Shown one piece after another: positions 10,518 to 22,903 of a stretch of 64,000 bases of DNA (the stretch's first letter is position 1; the number at the start of each line of letters is the position of its first letter). The notes under the pieces are model-generated. The model had not been told where the DNA came from and did no database searches. It saw only the letters and a list, made by a program, of their open reading frames with translations. A program made the translations under genes and the position numbers. The stretch is from Takakia lepidozioides (lineage: Eukaryota > Plantae > Bryophyta), in NCBI GenBank assembly GCA_030704615.1, contig CM060733.1, positions 37,572,001-37,636,000 on the forward strand, written 5' to 3'.

Positions 10518-13500
10518 TCACTTTTGCTCAACTGAAATAGCGGTTGGTTGCACAAACGCCGCTTGAATGGTAGCCAACATATCCAGGTCTTCTTTATTTA
10601 GAGCCGTGGCACCATCTAATGACCTAGGTATTGGCTGATCTGATAAGGTGGACGGTGCCTGAAGGCCATCAAAATCTGCATTTTCTCCAATGTCACATTG
10701 ATCGATGTCCGCCACAATCCTTTTTGCTCTTGGATCCTTCCGAAGGACTACCTTACACTCCGAACTTGGGGACTCATCCGAAAAGAACACCTGTTCAACT
10801 TGAGATGGAAAGATGAACGGCTGATCATTGGTGGGTAGCATCCTCCCAAAATTTGCAAGTAGAAAACCATACGAATCCCGCTTCATTGTAGCATTTTGTC
10901 CAACGAGGTTGGCCCTCACCCAAGCACAACGAAATACAATGGGGTGCACTCGTCCATAATCCAATTTGAAGATCTCTTTGATGACCCCAACGTACTCCAA
11001 TGGTGACATGATTGGATTTCTATCACGCACACTATTTCTGCTCTGTTGCTGGAAGACGGATGCAACTCCGGAATCAAAAGAGACAAGAAGACGACTCTCC
11101 GTGTCATCCACTCGATAATGATTTCCATACGCCTTCATGCCACGAAATGAAGCTGATCTCAATGAGGGGGGAGTAGATACATGAATTACATCCGTATCCT
11201 CAACACCCTGCTCAGAGACATGGGCGTAGACTGCACAGCGTATCCATATCGGTAGGGGTGGAAACTCCAACAAATGAGGAGGGTATGGCGCCGGAAGGCG
11301 GCAGTGACGTCGACGATTGGCACGCCACTCACGAGCACATGCCTCTTTGTCTGCAGTGAACTCTACCTTCTTTGTTGCATACTTTTTGTCACAAAATGGC
11401 AACAAGAATGACACATGTTAGCAATGAAGTGTTGCATTACTTTGCAAAAAATACCTAGCATGAATGATACTTTGAAAACCACTGGATGAGTGAGCAGAAT
11501 GACTTGTAAATGAACATGCTCTTCTAAAAAGTCACTCACTTAGACATTCAGTTACTACAGAAGTGGTTATCATCACGATGAACCACTGACATTTGTGACT
11601 TTGTGGGTGGTTCTATTACACTGGTGACAGTCACAATTGCATTTGAACTTGATATGAATAAGGTGCAATGAAAAGAAGAACTCGCTGCACCCAATGAACC
11701 ATCACATTGGTATTGTTAAGCACATACAAATGTGTTGCATCTCTCTCAACTCCACTCATGTCCCGCTTTTTGCCGACACCTTCCAAGACCTCGTTCTCAA
11801 CCCCTTCCTCCGCATTTGCATCCCAAATCCGCCGTTGAGTTGCATCAAATGATTGCATATACTCACTCATGAACCCCATGGCCTCATCAAGAACATACCC
11901 TGCCGCCATACTCCCTTCTGGCTTTGCATAATTCCTAACGTATCCCTTGAGATCTTTCATGTAACATTCCATGGGATACATCCACCGTGAAGACACCGGA
12001 CCACATGTGTCTAGTTCATCTACGAGATGAACTAGCAAATGGGTCATGACATCAAAGAAAGAAGGGGGGAACTCTTTCTCTAACAGACACAAGGTTATAG
12101 CAACATCCTCACGCAATGAATCTATTTCATTAGGTCCCATACTTTGGCACAAATCCGGCGGAAAATGCGACTCACACGCATAATGACCCCACGTGGGCCT
12201 GGAGCCATGCAATGACGAATACACACAGGTAAAATCTATTGCATTAAAATGTGATAATCATGGGACTTCATACTCGTCAAATGTTTCCTAGACGGGTGTA
12301 TGTGTTTTTGAAATGCACTTGCAAATCCCGAAGGAGTTTTGATAGCCCCCAAAGTATCAAGAAATATCGTGATTTCAGCGGGAGTGAGAACATACGGTGC
12401 TGTTGGTTTCATGATACGTGAAGGGTTCTGTGGATCAGGCCGAAGCCATAGGTGACGTCTGATACCGATTACCTCCATGTCGTTCCTCACCTTCACCGTG
12501 TCCTTCCGTCCGAAAATTGTCTTCAACAAATTTTCACAAAAATTCTTTTCGCAATGTATGGGATCCAGTAAGCAGCGTTGCAACAGATCCTGCAATTGGT
12601 GACACCATTTCAGGAACATTTCGACAGATTGCAGTCCTATACAAATCAGATTCCTTTATGAGCACTGTATACTTCCATGTCTAAAGTGGTTGTGATGCAT
12701 GACAGTCCCTCCTCAGTGGTTCAAACAACTCATTTAGTGCATTATTAGCCTCTCAAGTGATGTCAACAACTTCCTGAGCATCATGGATACTATCTTTTAC
12801 CACTCAACGAGTTATTAATGTGAAGTCCAAATTACATGCAGTACTGCTACTTTACCACTCGGAAAGTAAGAAGTAACCACTACAGGGGCACTACCTTTTC
12901 CATTTACAAAGAACATTGAACTCAAACAAGTACAAGTGTAGGGGATACCTTCCAGTATGGTAAATCCCATAGGCAGCTGCGCCTTTTGATACCATGAACC
13001 TTGGCTGGATGAACTTCAGCATCAGGAAAATCACGGGGGTCAAGGTCATAACCTTTAGCCTCAACACTAGCGGCCTCTTGTTCAACCGGTGTGAACAGAT
13101 GTGGCTTCGCACGCATCTCCACCTGTCCATTGAAGTGTATGCGGTTCCTGTGGTATGGATGGGCCTGAGGGAGGAACCTGCGGTGACCTTGGTAGACAGT
13201 TTGGCCTAGAACTTTTGAGTGTCTTGCATCTACATGAGGACCGCATACTGGACACCTTTTGTAGCCTTTTGTGACACATCCTGCAAGTAGGCCATAAGCA
13301 GGAAAATCGTGGATGCTCCACAGTAGTATAGCGCGTAGTATGAAGGTTCTCTCACCAACAAGTTTGCATATGTCATATGCCCGAACCCCCCTCCACAAAA
13401 CAAGTAACTCCTCCATCAGTGGTGCTAAGTACACATCTATGTGCTCACTTGTAACTGATTGCTTTCCTGGAATCAAGAGAGTAAGCATGACAAAGAACTT

Positions 13501-14639
13501 CTTTGTAGTGAGTCAGGGAGGTAGGTTGTATATCAGCGTCAACACTGGCCATGTTGACCAGCAATTGTTCTTATCACCAAACGGGTTGACTCCATCAAAG
13601 GAAAAACCAAGCCTTACATTGCGAGGCTCTGCTGCAAAGTCGAGCCAAGTAGCATCAATGTGTTTCCAAGCCTTTGAATCAGCTGCATGGTGCACAAGGC
13701 CATTGTTGCTTGCATTTCGATTGTGCCAAGTCATTAATTTTGCAATAGAGAGCATCTATACATACGCAAAAGGCGTGGTATCAATGGAAAATGGCAAAAC
13801 ACCTTAACAGGTACCTTGGATCTCCCCACATTTTTGAATCGGGCGCTTTGACACTTGGGGCAACTCTCTGAAGCTTTCAAGTCCCCCCTAAACAACACAC
13901 ACCCCTATGGGCAAGCATCGATCTTCTCATAAGCAAGCCCAAGCTTGCTCACCATGGTCTTTGCATGGTAGAAAGATGTGGGTAGTACGTTTGGTTGTGG
14001 CAACAAGGTTTTCTGCAGCAAAGAGAACATTTCATCCGCAAAGCCATTCGTAACCCCATGTGTTGCGCATAGATTCATTATAAGCATGGTGGATGCAAGC
14101 TTAGAGGATTTACAGCCTTCATATAAAGGTAGACATGCCTCTTCCAATGAGATGGGATCATTAGTGTGAGAGTCCCCACCCGCAACCGGGTCATGGGCTT
14201 CTGGTGGGATGTTTGTGTCACCGGGAACATCTAGGTCATCTAATTCCACTTCTGCCCCATTTCCAGTTTCAGTTGTGTCTATGATCTGAAAGGTCTCTTG
14301 GATCATACGCTGTACCTCAACATTTTTGTCCAATTCTCCCTATGTCTGATGATTTGCTAAAGCTACGTCGTCACCAACCACCACGGCCGTGTCTTCCCAT
14401 TCATCGTCAGAAGCATGCCTCCTTGCTCCTCTCCAGGATCTGAACGCAAGGGATCTATGATTGGCCATTAGATATTTTCTCACTGTCTCTATAGAGACCG
14501 GTCGTCCACCCTTACAGTGATTGCAAGGGCATCTTAACTTGTTGAGACCATACTCTCGACACCGCGCAACCTCACGCAGAAAAAGAGCATCGTCGCGTTG
14601 TTGTAATCTCAGCACGGCAGCTACTCTGTCAAGCTCCAT
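10518..14639 (-). pseudogene. CACTA TnpD-like transposase (transposase-associated CPC motif, Transposase_21, DUF4218, DUF4216)
   Basis: LRCPCNHC; RNVRLGFSFDGVNPF; YNLPP; IDVYLAPLMEEL; DFPAYGLLAG; SCLWDLPYWK; HLLVHLVDE..GPVSSRWMYPME; DQPFIFPSQVEQVFF. Introns at ~12630-12945 and ~11345-11680. Premature stops at 14340, 13905, 13513 and 12236. Confidence 0.95.
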
Positions 14640-16162
14640 GATGCTAAGGAATTCCTTTCCTGGTATGAGGGGAGAATCAAGATTAATATACCAAGTCCCT
14701 AAAAAGCAAGAATTTCAACAATCTACTGTACGTCTCTACTCATAGAGTTGAAAGGTACCACTTTCTAAGTGGTTGTTTCACACCTCATATTTCTACTTTA
14801 GAACTACAAAAAGAGCGAGTTGCCTCTTGTCATCTACAAACCACCTTCTTAGCAATATTCAGAGTGGATTGAATCACTACGTGGTGACCTAGGAGACCCT
14901 ACTTCTAGGTACAAGTTATAGTGCTTTAATATAGGAGGTCTTGAAGTTTGTGAGCAGTAGCCCAGCCCATCATATGCATTTGTAGTTAGCACAAAGCCGT
15001 TAGCCCATTTGTTGTCATGTGCTTATATCTACAGCCTCCTCCATCGCTCAATCTGAATGTGCACTTGTAGGGTTTAGTTAGGCTCAGTCTCTTTTCAATT
15101 TTGCTGAAGGAGAGTGCAGGTTCTATGGCAGCGAGTGAACGCAGCCCAAAACATTTGAATGACGATGGCACCGGAGGCGATTTGGCAAGAGCACCTGGTT
15201 CAGCAGAGAGTGAAAGTGGAGGAGAAGAGGATTCACTTCCCCAAGAGAATGCGATGGTGGAATATGAACGGTGTCGTGCTATCAGGGTAGCTGAAAACAA
15301 AGCTTGTTTGTTGGATTAGAGCTCCAAGGGCACTGCACTGTAAGTCGAAGCTGTCTCCCTGCTCGAATACTGTTCATGCGATAATTCATTCCCTCCTTCA
15401 TTGCATCGTTCCCTCCTTCCCTGCACTTGCAATGCGATCGCAGCACCTGAGCCGAAAGATGGCCTCCCCTGCGTTGCTTCCACGCCAGACTTACGTCTGT
15501 TTCATGAAAGGTAGTTGAGGTCCCAAGAGCCCCTAGAAGACTGCCATATCAGCAGGATGTAGTGGTTATGGACACTAGTGTAGTGGTTAATATGTACCCT
15601 AATGATTTTTTTTTAAAAAAACGACGTGTCCACATCCCATCTCTGCCATTGGATGGACGTGGACCGTCAGATGCAACCCGGCACTTGGACAACCTCATGT
15701 CTCTCACGCGAGCGTACTAAGTGTGCGTGCTTCGCTTTTTGAGCTTCCTGGGCTTGTGAGGGCGTTTTGTTGTGAGTGACCCGGGCGATTGTGGGAGAGT
15801 AGAGAGAAAGAAAGACCCCGCGTACTGCCCGCTATGTGTGGAACGGCCTAGTGCGAAGGAGTACTCGTTTGAGGGAGAGGAGTCATGTTCACATGGGGGT
15901 GGTGGAGAATGAGTCCAACACCTTGGAGACCAACCCGGGGGAGGATAGTGGAGCGACTCCTAGTGCTGACTACTCAGCAAAGAGCGAGAGCACGGACGAG
16001 GAGGAAGACCAGAGTGCTGAGAAAATTGTCGTTCGCATGACTCCTTCCAAGTGGCCCTTAAGGACATCCACCCCAACCAAGGAGGGTAACAAGCCCGCGG
16101 TGGGATCCCTAAGACCCCTTTTGTCTCTGTCTCTATCTCTCTCCCTCTCTCACCCTTAGTTC

Positions 16163-18190
16163 ACATAGCTATGTCACTGTTAATGGACAGAAGTCCAACT
16201 TCTTTGACATAGACCAAGGTGTAGCTCAAGGATGTACTCTCTCCCCTCTGCTCTTCAATGTTTTCATCAATCAACTCCTCGAGGATGTGGAAAGTGAGGG
16301 ATTTGGGTTAAGGGTGGGTGATACCACCATACCAGCCCTTATGTTCGCGGATGACTTCGCAGGCATAGGAGATACTCCAACCAATCTCCAGGAGTTGATT
16401 GATTGCGCAAAGAGATACTTTGATCTTTGGGGGCTAGAGGCTAATGTCAGCAAATGTGTAGTGGTAGCATTCAACGACAGAGGAGAGGGAGGAAGTGATC
16501 TTAAGTGGCAGTGGGGTAGCCAAGAGATCCCGGTCCTCCCTTCCTACACTTACCTGGGTGTTCATTTTTCCTCCAATTGTAATTGGGATGCACATATCCG
16601 GAAAGTTGCTCAAACTGGCAAGGGCAAAGCTCTGGGGCTCACTAAATTTTTCCACTACAGAGGGGTCAACTCTAAGGTTAAGAAAACAATGGTTTGTCGC
16701 GTTATTAGACCTGCCTTGGAGTACGGATCTGCTAAATCCATTGCAAGCACAAACAAAGGTAACCTGGTCTGGCTTCATCCCTTCCCACAGCATTTGCTCA
16801 TAGGTCTCCAAAGCCTCCAGACCACACCCATGCTGGGCATATCCAGCAATCATGGCATTCCATGAAAATACATTTCGCTCAGCCATTTTGCCAAACACTC
16901 CCTTTGCATCCTTCATACTCCCGCATTTGGCATACATGTCCACAAGGGTATTGTTCAGACTCATATCTGGTACTTTCATGATGTCAGCATGTACCTCTTT
17001 GCCCTTTTCCAAGGCTGCCAGGCTAGCACAAGCATTACAAACACAAATAAACGTCACCTGGTCGGGCTTCACCCCTTCCTGAATCATTTGGTCATATGTC
17101 TCCAAAGCCTCCATCCCACAACCAAGCTGGGCATATCCTGTGATCATTGCATTCCATGCCACAACATCTCGTTCACCCATATTGTTGAACACTCCCTTTG
17201 CATCCTTGATGCTACCGCATTTGGCATACATGTCCATGATAACTCCAACCAGGCTAAGTGGGGGTGCTTAAGGAGTGTATGTGCTCCAAAACAGCCAATG
17301 TGGCTATTCGGGGTGAGTTTGGCATTCCGTCCTTAAGCTCCCGACGAGATGAATTCAAGGTCAGATGGTGGGGTCAGCTGCAACATATGCCCAAGACCAG
17401 ATATCCTAAGTTAATTGACTCTACATCTTGGAAACAAGACCGCCCTGTCAAACATGCTAAGTCCTGGTAGAAGAGATTGCTAGAGATTCTCAAGGACCTG
17501 GACCTGGATCCGCAAGTCTTGACCCTGCTGGATAAATCTGACTTAGAGGCTGTAGTGTCCAAAGCCATGTCTGTTGCCATGAGATTGTCTGATGAAAATG
17601 AAGTTAGGCAAAAAACTTCCTGAACTTGTTTCCAGTCAATGACATGGGGGAGGACATCTTGGATGACCTCAAGGGTCTACCCACTCTCGGCACTAGACTG
17701 AAATTTAAACTCAGGGCAGGAAGCCTACCTTTGAACAGCGAACAGAAGCAGAGAGGAAAGGGAGAGTGCAATTGCCCGTTGTGTGGGCAATCTGAAGACA
17801 ATATTCATTTTCTGATACACTGTCCGGGGTTCTCTCACCGAAGAGACGCTCTCTTCAATTCTATCAAGGGAATTGTGCCTGTACCCCTGTTTACCAACTT
17901 TTGAAAGTCTCGAGGCTGAGCCAAAAGCCCAGGCCCTCCCGAGGCCTAGATTTTGGGCAAATCACACACAACAGATTGATGCTTGTGTGAAGGGATTTCT
18001 AGAGAATATCTGGAAAACCCGGATTAATTCTTTATATGAAGGTAAGTCTTACTACCAACGTCAGCCCCTGACAGAGGTAGGTTCTATTCCTTTTGTGAAC
18101 TAAGAAACTGGGCGCGGAATTGAATCGCTAGTTGGCAATTCAATTGTCAATGGCCACAAGGCTACGGCAAACAACATCTTATGAGTACAA
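16163..18190 (+). mobile_element. 5'-truncated RTE/RTEX-like LINE (family A, longest copy) with an internal inverted PPR insert
   Basis: QGVAQGCTLSPLLFN, MFADDF, YTYLG, PALEYGS, AIRGEFG, CPLC..HFLIHCP; ends TTATGAGTACAA. TSD TCTCACCCTTAGTTC (16148-16162) / TGTCACCCTTAGTTC (18191-18205), at the end of a TC-rich tract. Confidence 0.92.
16731..17237 (-). pseudogene. Captured PLS-PPR segment (S-P-L-S-P-partial L), frame open
   Basis: DMYAKCGSIKDAKGVFNNMGERD / VVAWNAMITGYAQLG..EGVKPD / QVTFICVCNACASLAALEKGKEVH / ..LVDMYAKCG..MAERN / VFSWNAMIAGYAQHG..MKPD. LINE sequence flanks both sides. Confidence 0.92.
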
Positions 18191-21100
18191 TGTCACCCTT
18201 AGTTCCTCTCAGATTGTGGAAGCAATTGAGCATTTTCATGATGTGTAGGGTTTAGGGTAGGGTTTTGTGTAAAGCAGAGGTAGAGGCAGAACCGAGCAAG
18301 GTTTAGGGTAAATCTAAGTGAGTAAGAGGCTGGGGTGTATGGCGGAGGAATGATCTTTGGAGTGATGAACTGATGGAGAAGGGAGTGTGTGGGGCTGGAC
18401 TGAGAGTGAGGGCGAGGCTGGAGAATGGCTCATGAAATATATATGCTTACAGTAACTGAGATGGTGATTGGTTTATATAACCAAGCCTATTACTACTATG
18501 ATTGGCTTGTGAACTTAAGGCATGATTGGTTGATTGTTTCATTTCAATCCTGATATGCTTTGAGCCTGGTTCCGGAGATTTATCTCCAGACCTGCAATCT
18601 GCTTTTGTGATGAGTTTACAATCTGCATATATGGTGGTAAATGTTATATATCAAACCAAGGTTCTTTCCTAAATGTGAATGACCTGGAAACCTTGTTAGA
18701 AAGATGAATGGCTCACGAGTTGGACTATGTATGGCTTGACCCATGGATTAAATTTCAAAGGGTTAGAACATGTGTTAGGGTTTTAATACTGAATGGATGT
18801 GGGACATTGCTAGGGCACCAGAGCATGACATTTCATGCATTCACGCCATTGGATGCCAAACTTTTTTTGGCACGTTGGGCCAAGGTTTGTATGTGTTCAC
18901 GAACTGCCAACCTTGTTCGTTGCCCGGTTGACCTTATTTTCCATAATTGCTAACTTTGTGGGGTGGAGGGGCTTGTGTTAGGCTGCATCAAAGTGAGCAA
19001 AGGAAGGGGGGACTGAGGCTGTGGCGAATGCTACTGATCCACCTACGACATGGGTGCAACAAGGCTCGAATGGCCCATGGGTGCAATCCAGAGGTGGGCA
19101 AACATGGTTGCAGCAAGGACCACCTACCTCGCAGCAGCCCATGGCCCCTCCACAAACGACAAACATGTGGTCATGGATTCCAAGTGGGTCCAATAGAGGA
19201 CCCCAAGGAGCTTGGGTACAAGGAGGTGCCCAAACTTGGGGCCCTCCATGCAACACTGCTGGTGGGCAGTGGGCAGGCCCCCTTTTAATGGTGCTGCTCC
19301 TCCATTCACCCCCCCTGCTGGTGATGATCGAGATTCCACACAGCAAGGGGATGTGGCGTCGCAGGCTGCAAACAAAAAAAGACAAAAAAGGCTGGCTGCA
19401 AAGGAACATAAAACTGATGCGAAAGCCCGCAAATCTGTTGGGCTGAAGCCGCACAAGGTACGACTAAGCTCTAAGGGGGAAGTAGACCAGGGGTGTGAGG
19501 GAAAGGATTACTGGTAGAGCTCCTTGCGGGGATTCTGCATCAGATATCTTGATCCTAGCATTTTGCTAGCAGACAAGCAGGAACCCAGTGACATGGCCAA
19601 GGTTAAGGAATCCATGGAGGCGGAGTTTGAGTACTACCCTAAACTTGTGAGCATTGACAAGTTCCAAAAAACATGTGGGAGGATTATAAAAGTACACCGC
19701 CAAAAGTTAAAGCTGGTGTGGTTGGCTGGAGGTCCATGCCCTCCGAGTGTAGAGTCCTGCCATTGGGATGCATTGGTGAAGTACTGGGATTCCCCCAAGG
19801 GCAAGAAAGAGAGTGAGAACATGAAGAGAGCACGATCCAATGTTACCAACCCATCGAGGGTTGGAAGAGCAGGGTTGGCTGGACAGGCCCGACGCTTGGT
19901 ATTATGAATATCTGTACCACATTTTAGTATATGTATGTACATATATACACATATATGTGATGGAGTAGGATACCATCTCTGCCCTGTGAGGTGGTTGCAA
20001 ACTGTCACTACAGTCATGTCTTTGTAAACGCCCCACTTGTTTGGATGAATAGGGGCTATTTTTTTTTATTTGTTGTGGCCCTGGTAGAAGAAAGAGAGAG
20101 CACGAAGTCCAAGCATCACTGAGCTGGCACACGCATCAAAGGCGGACAAGGGTTTTCGCTCCCAGTCAATTGGAGGTGCACAGGTAAATGGCGCATGGGT
20201 ATTTTTTTTTTGGTTGCATTCATTTTGTTGGAGCAGTAGTCAGGCCATGCGGGCTGATTATGTCTCTTTCTTTGGCTGTATAGGGAAGGGGCAGTGCGAT
20301 GCAGTCTCGACTGTCATCCCTTGAGGGCAGTGTGCTTGCCTTGGCAGACGTTCAGATCCCGACGATTGAGGGCGAATTGGCCACTATAAAAGCAGAAGTT
20401 GCTAAGGCTTCTGCGGACAATAGCAAAAAACTGGATGCATTGATGGCAATGATGTTGGGAATGTCAGCAACTGCCCCTCCTCCAACTACTATCCCAATAT
20501 GTACTATTATTGAACCTTGCGATTCCGACGCAGGCTTGGGAGGCAAGACTGCTACGGAGAAGGTGGTTTGTGCACCTTCACCGTGCAGGGAGAACCTCTT
20601 GAGGTTGGGGAAAAGCCAAAGTCATCTGCCATTGAGGACCTTGTGGTGACCCAAGTAAAATTGGGGCGCAAGGGAATTTCTGATAAATTGCCACGTAGGA
20701 AGGGAGGTGGAGCTGGCGGGACAACAATATTGGCTGCTGGTGAGGACATCTGCTCCACCGAGAGTGCTGGTAAGGGTGACAGTAGGGGGTTGGCAGATCA
20801 GCATGTGAAGCCAACTTCCCCACAGAAAGAGGTACGCCCTCAAAGACTTTATCTTGGTTCCTATCCTTGGGCTTTCTATTTTTGACTCTGAAAACATTTC
20901 ATGAATGATCTATTTATTGGTGTGTACCATGAATTCTATGCATCAGGTATGGTAAGACGTACTCATGTACTATACCTTGTTGTTTTGTTGGCATATAGAA
21001 GGGGACTAAAGCAGAGGACCCTGCCCCAGCCATCGTGAAGGGAACTGAGAAGAAGTACATGAAAAAATGAGAGCGTGTAACCAGAGCCACTGCTGCCAAA

Positions 21101-22903
21101 GGCACAAAGTCCTTGACTGATGCAAATGGTGACATAACACCAAGTTCTAGCGGGAGTAAGAGTCAGGTGGGCCTTTAGGAGGCACCTCTCTACACATCAG
21201 TTTCCGTACTAGAGGTGAGCATGCATGCACCTGTTGGCTATCAGTTCTGCACAATGTGGCCATTTACATGTTGGGTACTTCAAACTATTAGTAGATGCAT
21301 TGCTAAATGTAACTGCTAAGGGGTGTTGGGCATGATGTTTGTAGGCTGAGAAAGCCGCTCTTGATACTGCCACCGACAGTGCACCAAGTGCAGCGCCTGC
21401 AAAAACAACCCCCAATTATCAACCCCCTGCCACAGTGGCAGATATTCTTATGTTACCAAAAGTACTCTACACTTTCAGTGATTATTTATAATGGGCGGTC
21501 CTCATTATCTAGTTTTCGTGGTACATGTATGTCTTCATGGGTTGATTAATGTGGGTTTTATGGTGGGTGCTGGGTGCAATTTAAGTTGAAGGACAAAATC
21601 AGCCTGTATGATCCTCATTTACCGTGACACAGGGCTGCCAGTGGAATTGTCACTGGTGTGCCTGGCAAAGATACATATCACTGTCGTGTTATACCTGAGG
21701 GATTGTGGCGGGTTGAGGTAAATGATATCTCCATTGCCAATTGTGTCTTGCCTCACCCTAACGAGGAAGAGGTCCCACCGCAAACAATGTTGGAGGATGT
21801 CGTTGGTCTGAATTGTCTTGGCCAAAGAAGAACATGAAGAGGGCTTAGATTTCGTTCGCCCGGGCATAGATATTGTTGGCAGTGAGAAGAAAGCAGGAAA
21901 GCAGTTCAATGTTCCTAACATGCATGCGGAGACGCCGTGTAGAAATTAGGCTCTTCATTTTATCATGCCTGGATTTTGTTGACAGTGTTCCAGCACTTAA
22001 CTCTCTGGGATTCTATTCTATTTTGTGGAGCTCGAAGCCCCAATGGTACTTCTTTAAACACTACACTAGTGGTATGTGTTCCTCTAGTCATGTTCATAAT
22101 CACTTGCACATCACTAAAAGTGGTATAATTTAAAACTGTGGGAGTAGCCAAATGCACACAATTGCATACATTATTACTCGTATAGTGGTATAAGTAGTCA
22201 CATATATATTACTGTACTAGTGGTATGAATTCCTCCAGTGGTATTCCTAATCATTTACACACCACTCTGTTAGTAATCACTCCAATCCATAGTTCCCACT
22301 CAGAGAGACACCATGAATGACTCAAATAGCTTACACACCACTCTGTGGGTAATCATTCCAATGACCTGCTGAGAGACGTCATCCACTCGAATAACCACTG
22401 TGTGAGTGATATTGTATATTCTCAGTTTTCATAGACTGACTCTATGAGTCATTTTTTGATCTCTCAACAAGTGGTTTCGGAAGTCATTGAATTTTTCACT
22501 CCATCCATTTCGTAGCACTGACACACGACACGTGTCCATGCTGAGAATGTCGCCATGCGTCGACATAATCTCCAATATCATCCACGGACCACCGGCTTAC
22601 ACGTCTCCACCACAAAACGGAAGTGGTTACTTTACCACTATGACACGTCATAAGTGGTTGCTTTACCTCAGTGACACGTCACAGTGGTTAATTTACCACT
22701 GTGACATGTCAGCGTACAGGTGGACCCGGATGTGAGTGGTTCGAACCACTGTCCTTAACCACGGGTGCCACGTAATGTCTTTTACCACTCACTTGTCCTA
22801 ATCCACTAGTTCTTCATCACTCTGGGGCCAGAGTGGTTTAGTGTTTTTTACCACTCAAAATGAGTGGTTAACAGAGTGGTTATTCTGCGTTTTTCTTCTA
22901 GTG

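Larger units (their letters stand above)
15836..21940 (+). pseudogene. CACTA ORF2/TnpA-like gene, multi-exon, oriented opposite to the transposase; 5' exon assignment tentative
   Basis: 19524-19900 CPPSVESCHWDALVKYWDSPKGKKESENMKRARS..SRVGRAG (Ptta/Transposase_24-like). ~21585-21825 ASGIVTGVPG..YHCRVIPEGLWRVEV..LPHP..LEDVVG (En/Spm Tnp1 C-terminal-like). Coiled-coil exon at 20299; stops and frameshifts throughout. Confidence 0.75.
9790..22903. mobile_element. CACTA (En/Spm) DNA transposon, 13,114 bp, intact termini, coding-defective
   Basis: Perfect 16-bp TIR CACTAGAAGAAAAACG (9790-9805 / 22888-22903), imperfect to ~28 bp. 3-bp TSD CTA (9787-9789, 22904-22906). Dense ACCACT/AGTGGT subterminal repeats at ~9800-10450 and ~22060-22880. 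Confidence 0.97.

Noticed and set aside
16434-17237. 267-aa ORF as a functional PPR gene
   Set aside because: It starts mid-motif with no targeting peptide or E/DYW domain, and the last ~100 aa are antisense LINE.
18245-18312. TTTAGGG motifs as interstitial telomere
   Set aside because: Only isolated telo-box-like units, which are common in plant leaders and introns.
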